From the NCBI GenBank assembly GCA_002633005.1, contig NMRA01000034.1, forward strand, positions 1,487,540 to 1,551,539: 64,000 nt of DNA, read 5' to 3'. Shown here piece after piece: positions 23,769 to 36,275 of this stretch. Position 1 is the stretch's first letter. Each line of letters starts with the position of its first letter. The notes under the pieces were generated by a model that saw only the letters and a list, made by a program, of their open reading frames with translations, was not told where the DNA came from and did not search any database. A program made the translations under genes and the position numbers. This DNA is from Phoronis australis (taxonomy: Eukaryota > Animalia > Phoronida).

Positions 23769-26049
23769 CTGAAAAGTAAGATGCATACAATTTCAAAAAT
23801 TGTGTGAGTATTTCTCTATTTGAGGAAGACGCGAAAAGGTCATGATACACCAAGGCACTGACTGAACATTTTGTTAGCGGTTGATTATCTCACTTTACCT
23901 AAAATTCGGTTTAAACACACGAATACTGAGTAGGTCTACTATTCTGTAACCAGAAATTCAAAAAGCCGCTTGGATTTTTAAGTCCACAGGATCAGCGACT
24001 GCTGTCATGCAAGATGGTGAAGTTAAATAGGACATTTCTCCATGTATAGCTGATTAAAAACGGAACTCGACTTGCGCCCTTTGCTCTCGCTAAAATAGGT
24101 CCCGTCATATTCTTTACCGCGATAGGATTCCTTAATCGTTACCAACTCAAGACTAACAAAATACGGTCATGCGCTATTGTAAAATTCGTAATTTTAGGCT
24201 TGACCAGACCCTAATCAAGTCTGAAGCGTTTTTTTTTTCGAGTCCATATTCTTGATCGTAACGGAACACCATGACCCTCACTACTTTATGAGAGTAAAAG
24301 ACTTAATTCGATTTTCGTTTTTGCAAATTAAATATAGCGAAATGCGTCTTCAAACACTGTGTACACGACAGTGTACTTCACTGGTTTGGATTACGTGCTT
24401 TCATTAGTTCCTGTGTTGCCTGTCAGGCCCTGTCACATCCAATGTAAACTTGTTTACATAATGTCCAAGCACGTCTAATGCGCTGTCACTTTATGACCAA
24501 CTGGCTCAGTTTGTGCAAACGTGCGCCTTTTTACTGTAATTTCTATTTTGCCGTTACTTTGAATTCATTATTATTCGTTGTCCTCTCCTCTATCCGTACT
24601 TCACGGATTTTTTCGAGATTTTTTGACGCATGAAGAATTTTGCAATTAGTAAGGTTTAGGTTCGTTTCTTGTTGCAATAACTGAGTGGGGACGGGCGGAA
24701 CCGATAACTGTGGCTACAAACATGCTTCGAATGTTACTCCTCCGTTGTTCCTTAACCAGATTGTACAACCATTAGTTGGTTACTCGGGGGTACTAGGCTC
24801 TAATGTAGACGGGGTGCAGCTTGCTTGAAAACGTCACCCTTTGTAGGGAGACTTCGAAAGTCAGATGTCAACTCCTTCAGCGCGTAACAGTACAAGAAGA
24901 GATGCATTGTTGTTAACATTCAACCTATTGCATTGAACTTCCAAATTGAACCCTTTTGTAGATATTTTTTCTGAAAATAACATTTGTGGGAGGAAATTTT
25001 GAGAGAAGAAACGTCTCCCTTTTATAGGAAAATTGATGGTGAAGACGCCCCCCCCCCCTTTTATGAGCACGTCCTGTGTACCTGTTCTGCGAGAGCACCG
25101 TACACCCAAGTCGATTCACACTCGGTTTTTGTGTCGTTTTCCAGATCTTACTGGGAACTTCTCTGGTTGACAGGGCGCTATTTATACCTTCTGTCACAGG
25201 GCTGCTTTTATGGTACTGGAAAAGAGTGTGGTCCTGTCCCTCTCATGTTTTACCCAAAATGCTACTGTTATCGCGAACTCTTTCACAACTGGCGGAAAGT
25301 CTCAAAACTCGTTTTAATCGTCACGATGTGTCGTGAATGTGTCTCTGACGATAAGCTTTGCTCACAACTGATGGTGTTTTCCATGTTATTATTAGTTTAA
25401 AATAACCAGAATGCTTTTTAAAGAGGTTTGAAACGCTAGGAGGTAGAAGTGAAATCAAACTAAAATTGCTCTAATGCAAATAAAATTGAAGTATTTATGC
25501 ACAAGTAATTGCCTCGTCTTGCAAGACGTAAACTTTAAATTATCAAAGCCACGGAGATTCAAAGTAGTTTTGCAAATGAATACAGCGATGACAAATACTT
25601 TCTGGAGAGAACTGTCCAATATGAAAAATTTCCCGAGTATCCGGGATCTAGCTAAGTAGGGTGTGGGAGATCCTGGGCTCGATTTCGTAGGCCGGGACAG
25701 TCGATTTTTTTGCGACTGGCACAAAAAGCCCATACGATTTGTAAGTACTTTTCAAAAATATTTTTCGTCACTAGAAGTTTTAAACAATATTACGTAATCA
25801 AAATGATTTTATTCTCAAATGCCACGTTAATCACTGTCAGTTCCATTGTCGTGACTATTAATTAAAGCTAAATCTCAAACAATACACTGGGGTGACAACA
25901 AGTTGTTTGAATTTACTAATGATAGTTAAACTAAATCGAATTTACATAAGAGAGAATCTTTGTCTGAATGCTATTGAATCTTCGGAAATTATCTTGGATA
26001 AATATTGCTAATTGGGTTCCACTTGAATGTACTGTGAGTAGAGCGGAAT

Positions 26050-26620
26050 AGCAGCTGATGACTTTATCTAGCTTGAACTAATGATAACAGCTGGCTGGTG
26101 GCTGTATCTAGCTTGAACTAGTGATAACAGCTGATGGCTGTATCTAGCTTGAACTAGTGATAACAGCTGATGGCTGTAGCTAGCTTGAACTAATGATAGC
26201 AGCTGATGGCTGTAGCTAGCTTGAACTAGTGATAACAGCTGAAGAATTCATATAACTTGGACTAATGATGATTGTATCTAGCTTGAGCTAATGATAACAG
26301 CTGATGGCTGGACCTAGCTTGGTCTAGTGATAACAGCTGTTGACTGGGTATAGCCTGGACTAAAGATAGCAGTTGATGGCTGGACCTAGCTTGGTCTAGT
26401 GATAACAGCTGTTGACTGGGTATAGCCTGGACTAAAGGTAGCAGCTGATGGCTGGACCTAGCTTGGACTAGTGATAACAGCTGATGACTGGGTATAGCCT
26501 GGACTAATGATAGCAGCTGATGGCTGAATCAGGCTTGGACTAATAGTAGCAGCTGATGCCATGGATCTACCCTGGATCTATGGTAGCTGTTTACGAGTGG
26601 ATCTAGTTAGCTTGGACTAA
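26050..26620. repeat. 36-bp minisatellite (gcttgaactagtgataacagctgatggctgtatcta), ~15 units, in the glass intron
   Basis: Period 36; later units alternate two variants (72-bp higher-order unit). Confidence 0.9.
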
Positions 26621-29544
26621 TCTGAATAGTCATTGGCCACATTTTTACACAATCAATTTAATGTCGTCCAAATTTCCAGCTACTTTTCTGCAATAAAGCT
26701 TTTAAACCTTTGCCTAACGTGCATCACGTGACCAGAAACTGCTGCTCGGATTCACATGAAACTTTCTGATACTGTGTCTGCAAAGCCGTGTTAGGGATTG
26801 TTTGTAAAATGTTCCCCATATGAATGAAAGTTGTCAAAAATAGAACTTTTGTCCATTATATGAAAATATTAAAAGCTGCATGAAATGAAAATGAAGTGAT
26901 AATCCAGAAAACAGTCGATAATTACAAATCAAATTTTACTGACTTTCTGCTTTCAGAAAATATACTGTGTTAAAATCTATAGTTTATAAATATTAGGCAA
27001 AATACACACATTTGTCGGTAAGGTCCTACATAACCTTAAAAGATTGGAGAAAAAGTTAATGACCCGTAAACAAACTTGCTGCATCTACCTTTACGACAAG
27101 TAAATTTTGAGCGGTAAATTTCAATCATACTACTCGTTGCTGATGGCGAGAATTTAAAGAATAGCTTGTAATAAGTTGTGGTTATAAAGCACTTTCCAAG
27201 TGGAGCATAACTCCAAGGTTATTCATAGAGGACTTCAATTTAGTCTCCGCGCTCCTCTTACCTAAAATCATGTCAACGCTTCTCTCTACTAAAAGGCAGT
27301 CAACACCTGGGCGAAGCTGGCACAAGTGAGAGCCGTTAATCAGTTATCCTAATATACCCGAGTAAAAGTACGGTTCGCGTACAGGTGGAGCGCCTGTCTT
27401 AATACTTTCCGTCTAATGGCGCAAAGACTTTTGGCATACATTGTTAAATCCTCCGGCTTGCTTCCGAAAGCTAACGTTTGAATTGCATAGGAAACTCATA
27501 GAAAATATCCGTGTTGTTTAAATTTTGAGCCCTGTTCAAACACCTATAATTGCTGGACAAACAAGTGAGCGTATTACGTCAGGGTTTTGCGGAGATCTCG
27601 AGTGTCAATTGTTTAGAGGTGGCTATTGTGAGCCAGTCCCGCCACACAGTGGCAGTGTTTACCGAACTGTGCAGAGAGCGTCAACAAACGAAATAGTTAA
27701 AATTGGATTTGATATAATAAAGTTTACTCAACCAAATTCTTATATACAACTGTCCGTTTATGATACTGTGTTACAAAAGCCAAGACAGTTTATAAATTTT
27801 AAGTCGAAAGGATTATTGTTAAAAGGTATTGATTTTTTCGATACTTTTACCGGTGAATGGAGAGTATACTTCGGTTAAATATTTGACACCTCACTCGAGT
27901 GGATGACAGCAGTTAAAATATTTTTGTAATTATTTACACCTGGCTTTAAAGATCTACCTGACCATTGTCTGACTACAGACTGACAACTAGCCAAAGACCA
28001 AGCTGTAGCAATATGTATTAGGACAGGCGAGAGTAATCATGTGCTGTGAATACTAAGCTGTGTCTCAAAGAAAGTCCCTATTACAATTCCTGTAAATGAG
28101 ATTATTGTTATGGTTAGAATTATCGGCTTCCATCTTTCCTTACCTAGATTTAGCAATACGATGTGTTCTTTTTGATTTCACTAAGATCCAGTTACCAATT
28201 TTGGGCGATTTTCAAAGTTCATCCGACACCTATTGCTATTTAAAACTCACTAATTTTCTCACAAGAGCGGTTATTACAAGAAACTGTGAACGAACTCATA
28301 TTTACTTAATTACAGTCCACAATAACCGGAAGAAATTGTCCTAGTATCGAAGATATTAATCGGAGCATACATCTGGCAACTCTTTGTTTTTGGAATATGG
28401 CAAAATAAAAAACAAAATGCTACATCGATACTCTTGGAAAACCTAATTATATGCTGTTTGTCAATAATAAAAATGCACAGAGTACCTAATATTGCACTTT
28501 AAAAATAAGATTTTTATATTAAGACATCAAAAATTCAACTACATATTCATTTGTTTGGTGTAGCGTAGACGTTTTTTCTTATTCTCCAACAATGGCTTGA
28601 TTTCGTTCCCAATCCCAGCCAACAAAGATGAATCGCATTGTCTACGAGTTCACGTACTCAGTGTCTTATGAATCACGGAAATCTGTAAGTTAACGTTTTA
28701 GCTTCGTTATGAACACACACGTATCGAGTGCTGGATAACGTACCCGACTTGTCCGCTAATTGTGTGCTTTAAAGCCATCTCTCATTGTGTTTAGTTGTCC
28801 TTATAGCTATCAGTATACTTCCTATGTTTGCCTTCATGAAGACATATAAGACCCGAGTAACACTGGGTACGCTCATGTTAAAGACAATCTTAACATTTTA
28901 AAATAAATGCAATAAGTTCTCCTCAATATCATTAAGTGGAGGTGAAGTGACATAGAAACACCATTATTAAATACAGAACTCGGTAAATTCACGTGTCGGT
29001 TCAGTCACCTTATCATCGGAATGTCTTTTTAGAGTCCAATTCAGCTCCATCTTTGAAAAACATTGTCTCATTGGTTTGTTTGCGGCGAGTTAGTGTTCCT
29101 TATTACAAATGATGAACCATGGACCAGATGCAGTCCATTGTTTTAACGGAAGGGCATTATTCTAGTTTGAAATTTGCTACATTAATAATACATCCAAACT
29201 ATGGTCATTGAATCTTACAAAATGTTACATGGCAAATCCCTTAAATATCTCAATGAACTAATCCAACAGAGGAAAGATGAATATTCTTTTCTTTACGTGA
29301 ATATGCTTGGTGTATCCAAAATCAGAACAGACAAATACAGAAAAGCGCCATTTCATTTTATTGCGGCCCATGTCTGAACAGTTTTCACAGTTCTACCGTA
29401 CCGGAGTCGCTGAATATTTCACTTCAGAGATTGGAGCACAACGTAAATGTATATCCCTTGTAGATATTCTTCACTGTTGTATTTATCTTCACTGTTGTAT
29501 GTATCTCTTTTCTGAATATCTACTCACATATATGTTATTTTCAA

Positions 29545-29730
29545 ACTATTTTTATCTCTCTCTGCACAATATATTATTTATCTCCCTATCTCTACACTAT
29601 AAAATATTTATCTCTCTATCTCGACTCTATGTAACAGTTTATCTCACTATCTCTACACTGTTTAATATTTATCTCGCTATCTCTACTCTATGTAATAGTT
29701 TATCTCACTATTTCTACACTATACAATATT
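29545..29730. repeat. Degenerate ~30-bp tandem repeat (tttatctcactatctctacactat)
   Basis: About six diverged units. Confidence 0.75.
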
Positions 29731-31912
29731 TGATTTTGCTTGCCATTTTTAACTCCAGATTTACTCATTTGGTCGTACTAGATTTTTTATATGTTGTATT
29801 TGTACTTATAATCCGTCAGGGATAATGTTTGCTGTTCTGCATATAAACCGCCGTAAACAAAGTTTCTTATATCTATTTTTTGTATTTGTCTGGTACATAA
29901 TTAGCGCTGTTGAAACGGAAGTAGCCGGCGTGTATATTTCGTGGTCTACAAGTCCAGAACGACTGTTCCTTGAGAACGTTAGGTCCCGTTTTATAAGCTG
30001 TTTTGAACTATCTGGTACTTGTGATTCCTACGCAATGTTAGATGGCCATAGAGGAAATATAATGTTAAGCAAGAAATGTACAATTAACATCAATATCGGC
30101 CAAACTTCATTGGTCTTGAGAATTCATGGCCATTAATGACATGTTGATGAAAATACGCAAGAACCATTATATTTAGAAAACATATTTAGGGGCCTAATAG
30201 AAAATAGGCAAAACAAGCGCTTTTGGGACAGATGATCAAACTTCTGATACTATGCATCATAGTTTTTTATTTTTAAAAGTGCGCAGCCCGCGCACTGTGA
30301 TGATGGTGATTGAGTGCCGGTGTGAAAAATCATATTACTTGCATTTCTTTTAGCCGTGTACAAGACAAGTTTGTATGCGTGGCAGATTGCAATTCCCCGA
30401 TGTCAACAAAATGCTTCCTTTTAATGCTGCTTCAAGAGTTCAAAACCATTTGAGACCACGGCCCAGGAGCTAATCTTTTTACTTATAGAACTCGAAATTA
30501 TGTTAGGACTTTTTAATTTTACCTTTGGGCAAGAAACTCGTGTGCATGAACCACAATGTACTCGAGGACAGGGTAATAGCCACTTATCTTGAGTTCGCAA
30601 AAAGCAGAACAGAAAATGCCTAAAATAAATTCGAGTTCGACGTTAAGTGCAAAGACTAAACCCCGACCCCGGATGTTTGAAAGTAAAGCTTAGACAATCA
30701 CCATTCGAGAAACATCACTTACACAGAAAAGAGGTACTTACGAAACCAAGAAATTTTGGGGGACTTATTATCAGAAATTTTGCACGATACATTTGCAGCC
30801 ATCACAGAAAAAAATCTTGGTATAAAAATGATTCTGTTAGTTTCATCATTTTTGTCCCCTTGTATATACTTGGAATTTTTTTTCTAATTTTTGGATCATG
30901 GCATGTGACGGGGTAGGTAAATTAGAGATGTAATGAGCTTGGATAATTAAGTTATTGCTTTTATGCATTTTGATGTTGAATAAGAAACAGTCATTTTGTC
31001 CAACAGAAGATGCAAGGAGAAAAATTGTCATTCAATCAAAGTAGAACGTACAAACATGAAAATAAATACAATACACGAATTAACATATTTACAATAAAAC
31101 TAATAATAATTATAAAAGTTCTACCTTTAATTCTTCAATAGCAATCAAATTTCTTAACATCCATAAAAAATTAAATTTCTGATTTGGCTACTGATCTAAG
31201 GTTTAAACCGCTGTTAAACACAAATCTGCAGAGTAGTAAAACTTAATGTTTCATGTTAATTTTCTGTTAAGACCAAGTTTACTTGCGATAAAGTTAATAC
31301 TTGCGAAGAAAGCTCCGTTAGCCATGAAGGAATTCATTACTTTTGCTACGTTAGAAGTTCCTCTGCCGTATTTTATACACGTGTGTTTATTATGCGTGTA
31401 TTTAGCGTCATAGAAAACAGAATGCTGGCAAAAGATATAAGTAACATTGATCTTACATCCACAATTTGGCCCACACATCTTGTGAAGCACTTTAGGAAAG
31501 CTGAGAACGACGAGTGTAACATATTATTTGAGTGAAACTTGACATAATCGTTACAAAATGGTCGACGTTGACGTGTAAAATTTAATATTAAACTAACCAG
31601 TGAAAGGTATTAAGAATGGACAAAAGACAGTGACAACACCCACATATGCAAAGGATAGCTGCCTGCGTCTTTAAGTTTAGGCACATGGGCATACATGTGA
31701 AATCCTTGAGTAAAAATTCTTTGAATAAACGTGCTACTTCGGATGAAAAACACGTGGACGTTTGTAAATTCAGACGTTTGTTGGTGAAATAGAGGGTAAA
31801 GTAGAGGGTACTGTAAAAAGAGGCGTATAAGAGTGTGTACTGTACAGTTTATAAGATTGAATCTGCAGAGGCGATCAATGATCAACGATAGCTTGTATAT
31901 CTATGGACTTAC

Positions 31913-32064
31913 TTGCATTGACCAGTCTGCATAGTGAAACAGCTGAGTGATGGTTCAAAGTCACTGGGGGACAGTGCTATCCCCGTCAAGTCTCTGAAGC
32001 CAGTCTCCTGGCTTCTACCACACACAGGTGAGCGCCACATGTCGGAGTAAGGAATGCACTCCAT
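31913..32064 (-). CDS. gl: Glass upstream coding exon (MECIPYSDMWRSP...LSPSDFEPSLSCFTMQTGQC)
   Basis: tttttacag acceptor at 32066, ATG at 32064, 50 open codons plus 2 nt, GTAAGT donor at 31912. Phase 2 matches the 23768 acceptor, giving 359 aa. Confidence 0.8.
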
Positions 32065-33034
32065 TCTGTAAAAATATTAAAAATCAAGTGGTGAGAGGAA
32101 GATTTATCAAATATTGAATTTGTTTAAGTTTGTTTTATTATAATTCAATGTGAACAGGTTTTGCGCTTGCGCGGAGATGTTTAAAACATTGACTATCGTT
32201 TGCGAGCAAAATTACTTTACATGCATGTGTCGTCACTGGTTGTCAGCTGCATTGAAAAGGGTCTGTTAGAACACGAGCGGAGCGTCAAGAATCTACCGCA
32301 ACGATTAATCCTCCTTGTCCATTTTCAGCTTGTATTGAACATTTCGTCAAACTTTGCTCTGTTAACTTATAGCTAACGCGACTATAAACCCTCTTTCCAT
32401 CATAAAATTTAACTCGCCAGTAAAAAATGCTCCTCAAATTGTTCCGTAGTCAAATTTGAGGTGTTTTCACGCTTTGAAAGAACTGGTCGTTCGTTATTAC
32501 TTGAGACCAGTGTCATGTCTTCACAAATCTAGAAATCTCTTCTCATCTCATTAAGGATTGAGACTATTTTTTAGTGCGCTAAGTGGTCAAAATCAAAAGT
32601 TCGTTACATGGACGCTGCTTTAATATAGCTTATACAAAATTCACAAAGATTGATTGCAAATGATTCTGGTTAAAACATATAGCGTGAAATAGTTCAAATT
32701 TGCTAAAGGACTTGTCACTTTGCTCTGAACTGTTCAATCTCGGTGACTACTTTTTGTAATGGGAGGGTGGACATAACGAGCCAAACGTAGTCTACTACTC
32801 AGTACGGAGTAGCTTGTTTTTCCCATGTCAGTCCGACCCTAAGCAAACATTTATTTAACACCTTTCTCATTACACACAATGTTCACAACTCGAGCCTTTT
32901 CCGAGAGAGCCTGAGTGCCACTCCACAATAGCAACTTTCAGACACATTTTATCGCTAATTTGGTCGGATTTCTTTCCGGTTTACTCGGAAGGGTTCATTT
33001 ATTCTCGCTATACATCTTATACCAAGGTAGACGC

Positions 33035-33500
33035 CTCTCATTATCATCATCATTCTCATCATAGGCCTCATTATTGTAGCAACCCTCATTCACCACCACC
33101 TCCATTATCATCATCACTAACTTCACGACCATCGAGATCGTCGTCATCATAATCATGATCATCACCACCATAATCACCATCAATGCCTTCATCATCATCG
33201 TCATCATCGTCATTATTATAATCGTCATTACTGTCAATGTCAATAGCGTCATCGTCATCATCAACTTCGTCATCATTCTCATCATTATGACATTTATCAT
33301 CACTTCTGTGATGATTGTAATTGTAATCATTATTACTGTTGTTATTAGTATTATTATTGCAATTGTTATCATTATTATTATTCTTATTATTATTACTATT
33401 ATTATTATTACTATTATTATTATTTTAGAAGTAGTAGTAGTAGTAGCAGTAGTACCACCATTATTATTATTGTTATGATTATTATTGCTATTACTATGAT
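33035..33500. repeat. Compound trinucleotide low-complexity tract (ATC/ATT/GTA)n
   Basis: Seen directly; it explains the spurious ORFs on both strands here. Confidence 0.9.
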
Positions 33501-36069
33501 TTATATATACACCAGTAATTGTTTCATTTTCAGTCGTGTTAATTTTGACTTCGAGGTGCCAAATTCCTTTAGTTCGCACAACAATGAGTACAAATATTTT
33601 TTGTTTAAAATACCTATTTCGCACTCAATGTTATGTACATGTGAGTAAGGAGTGAGCATGTGAGTATGACTAATGTCTTACCAGTCGAAGAGAGACATAA
33701 TACTCTGCCTTTTGCCAAGGGCTTTCAAAGGTAATCATGCGGTTTTTCAAAGCTGTCATGGCTGAATTCCAGTAAAAGTGACACGTTTAGCCTGACTAGT
33801 CCATCCTTTACATGACATAATACGCAGTGTGTCATTCCAAGATGTTGTCATTTTTGTTCTGCATGATGTGCGCTAGTTTTCTGGGACTCTCCAGCTATAA
33901 AATCCTTGTTACGCACAAACAAATAAAATGAGCGCACACTATTTACACTTGTGTGAACTGGCTATTTAAATTATAAGAAAAATATCTTTTGAATAGCAAA
34001 TTACTTGCAACATCAAGTTCAAGTAAAGTGGAAGGATCTAATGTTTCACTCCGGTTTAAGTCACTACCAGTCATTCGTTTTTATGAAATTTTCTAAATAT
34101 GCTAGACGCAGCTCAGTTAAGTACAAATTGGTTAGATTTTGGGAATCTGGATGATTTTGGTAATTTAACAATCCAAATGAGAAGTGCCGTTAAGTTAATT
34201 GCATAAAAACGATGCGCTGACAAGTTTTACGGTAACGCAATGGTTATTTGTTATATCACAACTAGTTCTGCAAATAATTGATACAAAGATTTTTATTACA
34301 GTTCATTATTGCAAGTCCCAAAAAAGTTATGAGTTTGTTTTTGATGTCATACGGAAGAAATGTTTCAGTTGAGATTAAGAACAAACAACTTAACCTCGGA
34401 TACGTAGGTTTTCCCTATTAATAAAAAATTGAAAGACTTACGTGCAGCTATCTGTATTCGTGTCAACTTCAGGTCCACCTTGAGCACACTGCACAAAATG
34501 GACTTCGTAAACTGTGCCACTGTTTATAACCGAGACAATTATATCTCCCAATCACCGAACGACCAAAACAATCAAAAATTTAATTCGCCGCCTAGTCGCG
34601 CACGACAATAGGAATATGTAAGGTTTTACTTAATTTCTTGCCCGTTCTTATAAGGTTGTACCTAAGTAATTATTTCCGATAATCCGCCATAGACTTTTGC
34701 GTTTATTTGCACAACACCGCGCTCTACCGACAGCGTGCCTCGGCGACTGAGTACACATTTCGACGGCGGTCAACCACTTGTGGAAAATTGACTGGATTAA
34801 TCATAATAAGAAATGGATTAACTTTTAAATCAATCTGCATTAAAATCGGTAATTGCAAATCGATTCTAAAATTGTTTGTAGCTATTTAAGTTAATAGGTG
34901 GCGTCTCTCTGTGTATCGTTACCCCTGAAGTTATGTCGTGACGATGGACTTTGTTCCAGAATTCGAAATGAAAACAATCGCCTCCATAACAGTCAAATTG
35001 CCTTTCAAGAAACAGCAAATTACAGCAGAGAACGATCACCAGATAACAACGTTATTTCATGGGCTTCATGCTTAAGCTGATTTGTTGACAACTGAAGTAT
35101 GCGTTAAAAAACCTGTGCATCGTCAGTCTATATTAAATTCTAGCTGTTTTCTATGATTTTTGCAACTGTCTCTATGAACACAAGCACTAGCAATGTCATT
35201 TTTAATCATGTGATTAGTATTTTTGTTATAGATATTTTATAATGACTGCCTTATTATTATTACTCTTTGTATTACTACTTCTTTGATTCGGATGGTACAT
35301 ATATGTCATATTATATTTTTACCGGATGTATGAATTCTCACCTTCCACAGAGGTTTTGGCTTACGAGACGAAGTTCAATTATATTTTAAAATTCACAAAA
35401 GTGATACTTTGAATGTTTAATTTCTGAATATTCCTGAAGCTTTTTAAAAATGGTCATCATTTTTAAGCTGTACAAAAATGAGACGATATTCCAAATAAAA
35501 TGACGAGACAGGCTAAACAGACTATTGGTGGAGATTTCTCAGAACTCAATTTTACATTTGAAGCCAAGTTAAAATAGTTTCAAATAAGGCTTGTGCACCT
35601 GTACACAAAATTTTTGGTATCAATGAACCCCTTTTCATGATGTTCTGTGAGAGTCCAACAGTTTGATTTACTTGTGTTGGTCGTATCAAACTGTCCAGGA
35701 TTTTCGGATCTCGCTTGATGTTTGTATCCAATGTAATGGCAAATTTACTGTAAATGTAGAAACACTGCTAAAAATGTTGGAAGATGAACAGTTAATATTG
35801 ACTACAAGCGTATTTGACAAAATATCACCCATTTTTTCAAAAATTGTTATTTGGCAAGCTTTTTCAATGTAAGAACTCATCTGGCCACTCCGTTTGATTG
35901 AAATTTAATGTTATTTTTGTTTTTTGTTAAATATGATACAGGAATGAAAGTAATATTATTATTCCCACTATCAAGTGTGTCTTGTATTTCGACTACTTGT
36001 ACGAAATTGATGTATTTTGTGTTATGTCTACTCGTACGGAATTAATGTAGGAAAAGGGCTCTATTACTC

Positions 36070-36275
36070 ATCACTAATATTGTTATTGTAATTGTTATTG
36101 TTATCGGTGTTATTTACTATCAGTGTTATTTTTGTATTTGTTATTCTTTGTTATTGTTGTTGTTATTGTTATTGTTATTACTTCTGTCTTTGCTATTACT
36201 GTTACTTTATAATCATCATCATCACCATCATCGTCGTCGTCGTCGTCATTATTATTATTATCGTTATTGTTGATG
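36070..36275. repeat. (TTG/TTA/ATC)n low-complexity tract
   Basis: Seen directly in the sequence. Confidence 0.85.

Noticed and set aside
29307-29825. 172-aa ORF
   Set aside because: Non-ATG start, largely a degenerate ~30-bp repeat, antisense within the glass intron, no recognisable domain.
30750-31560. LINE ORF1 / endonuclease start (LNLRSVAKSEI*FF..FD)
   Set aside because: The motif is too short and degraded to support without a profile search.
32995-33624. 209-aa hydrophobic ORF (and the opposite-strand 107-aa ORF)
   Set aside because: Translation of trinucleotide microsatellites. The same applies to the ORFs at 20342, 36092, 43910 and to the TG-repeat ORFs at 276 and 312.
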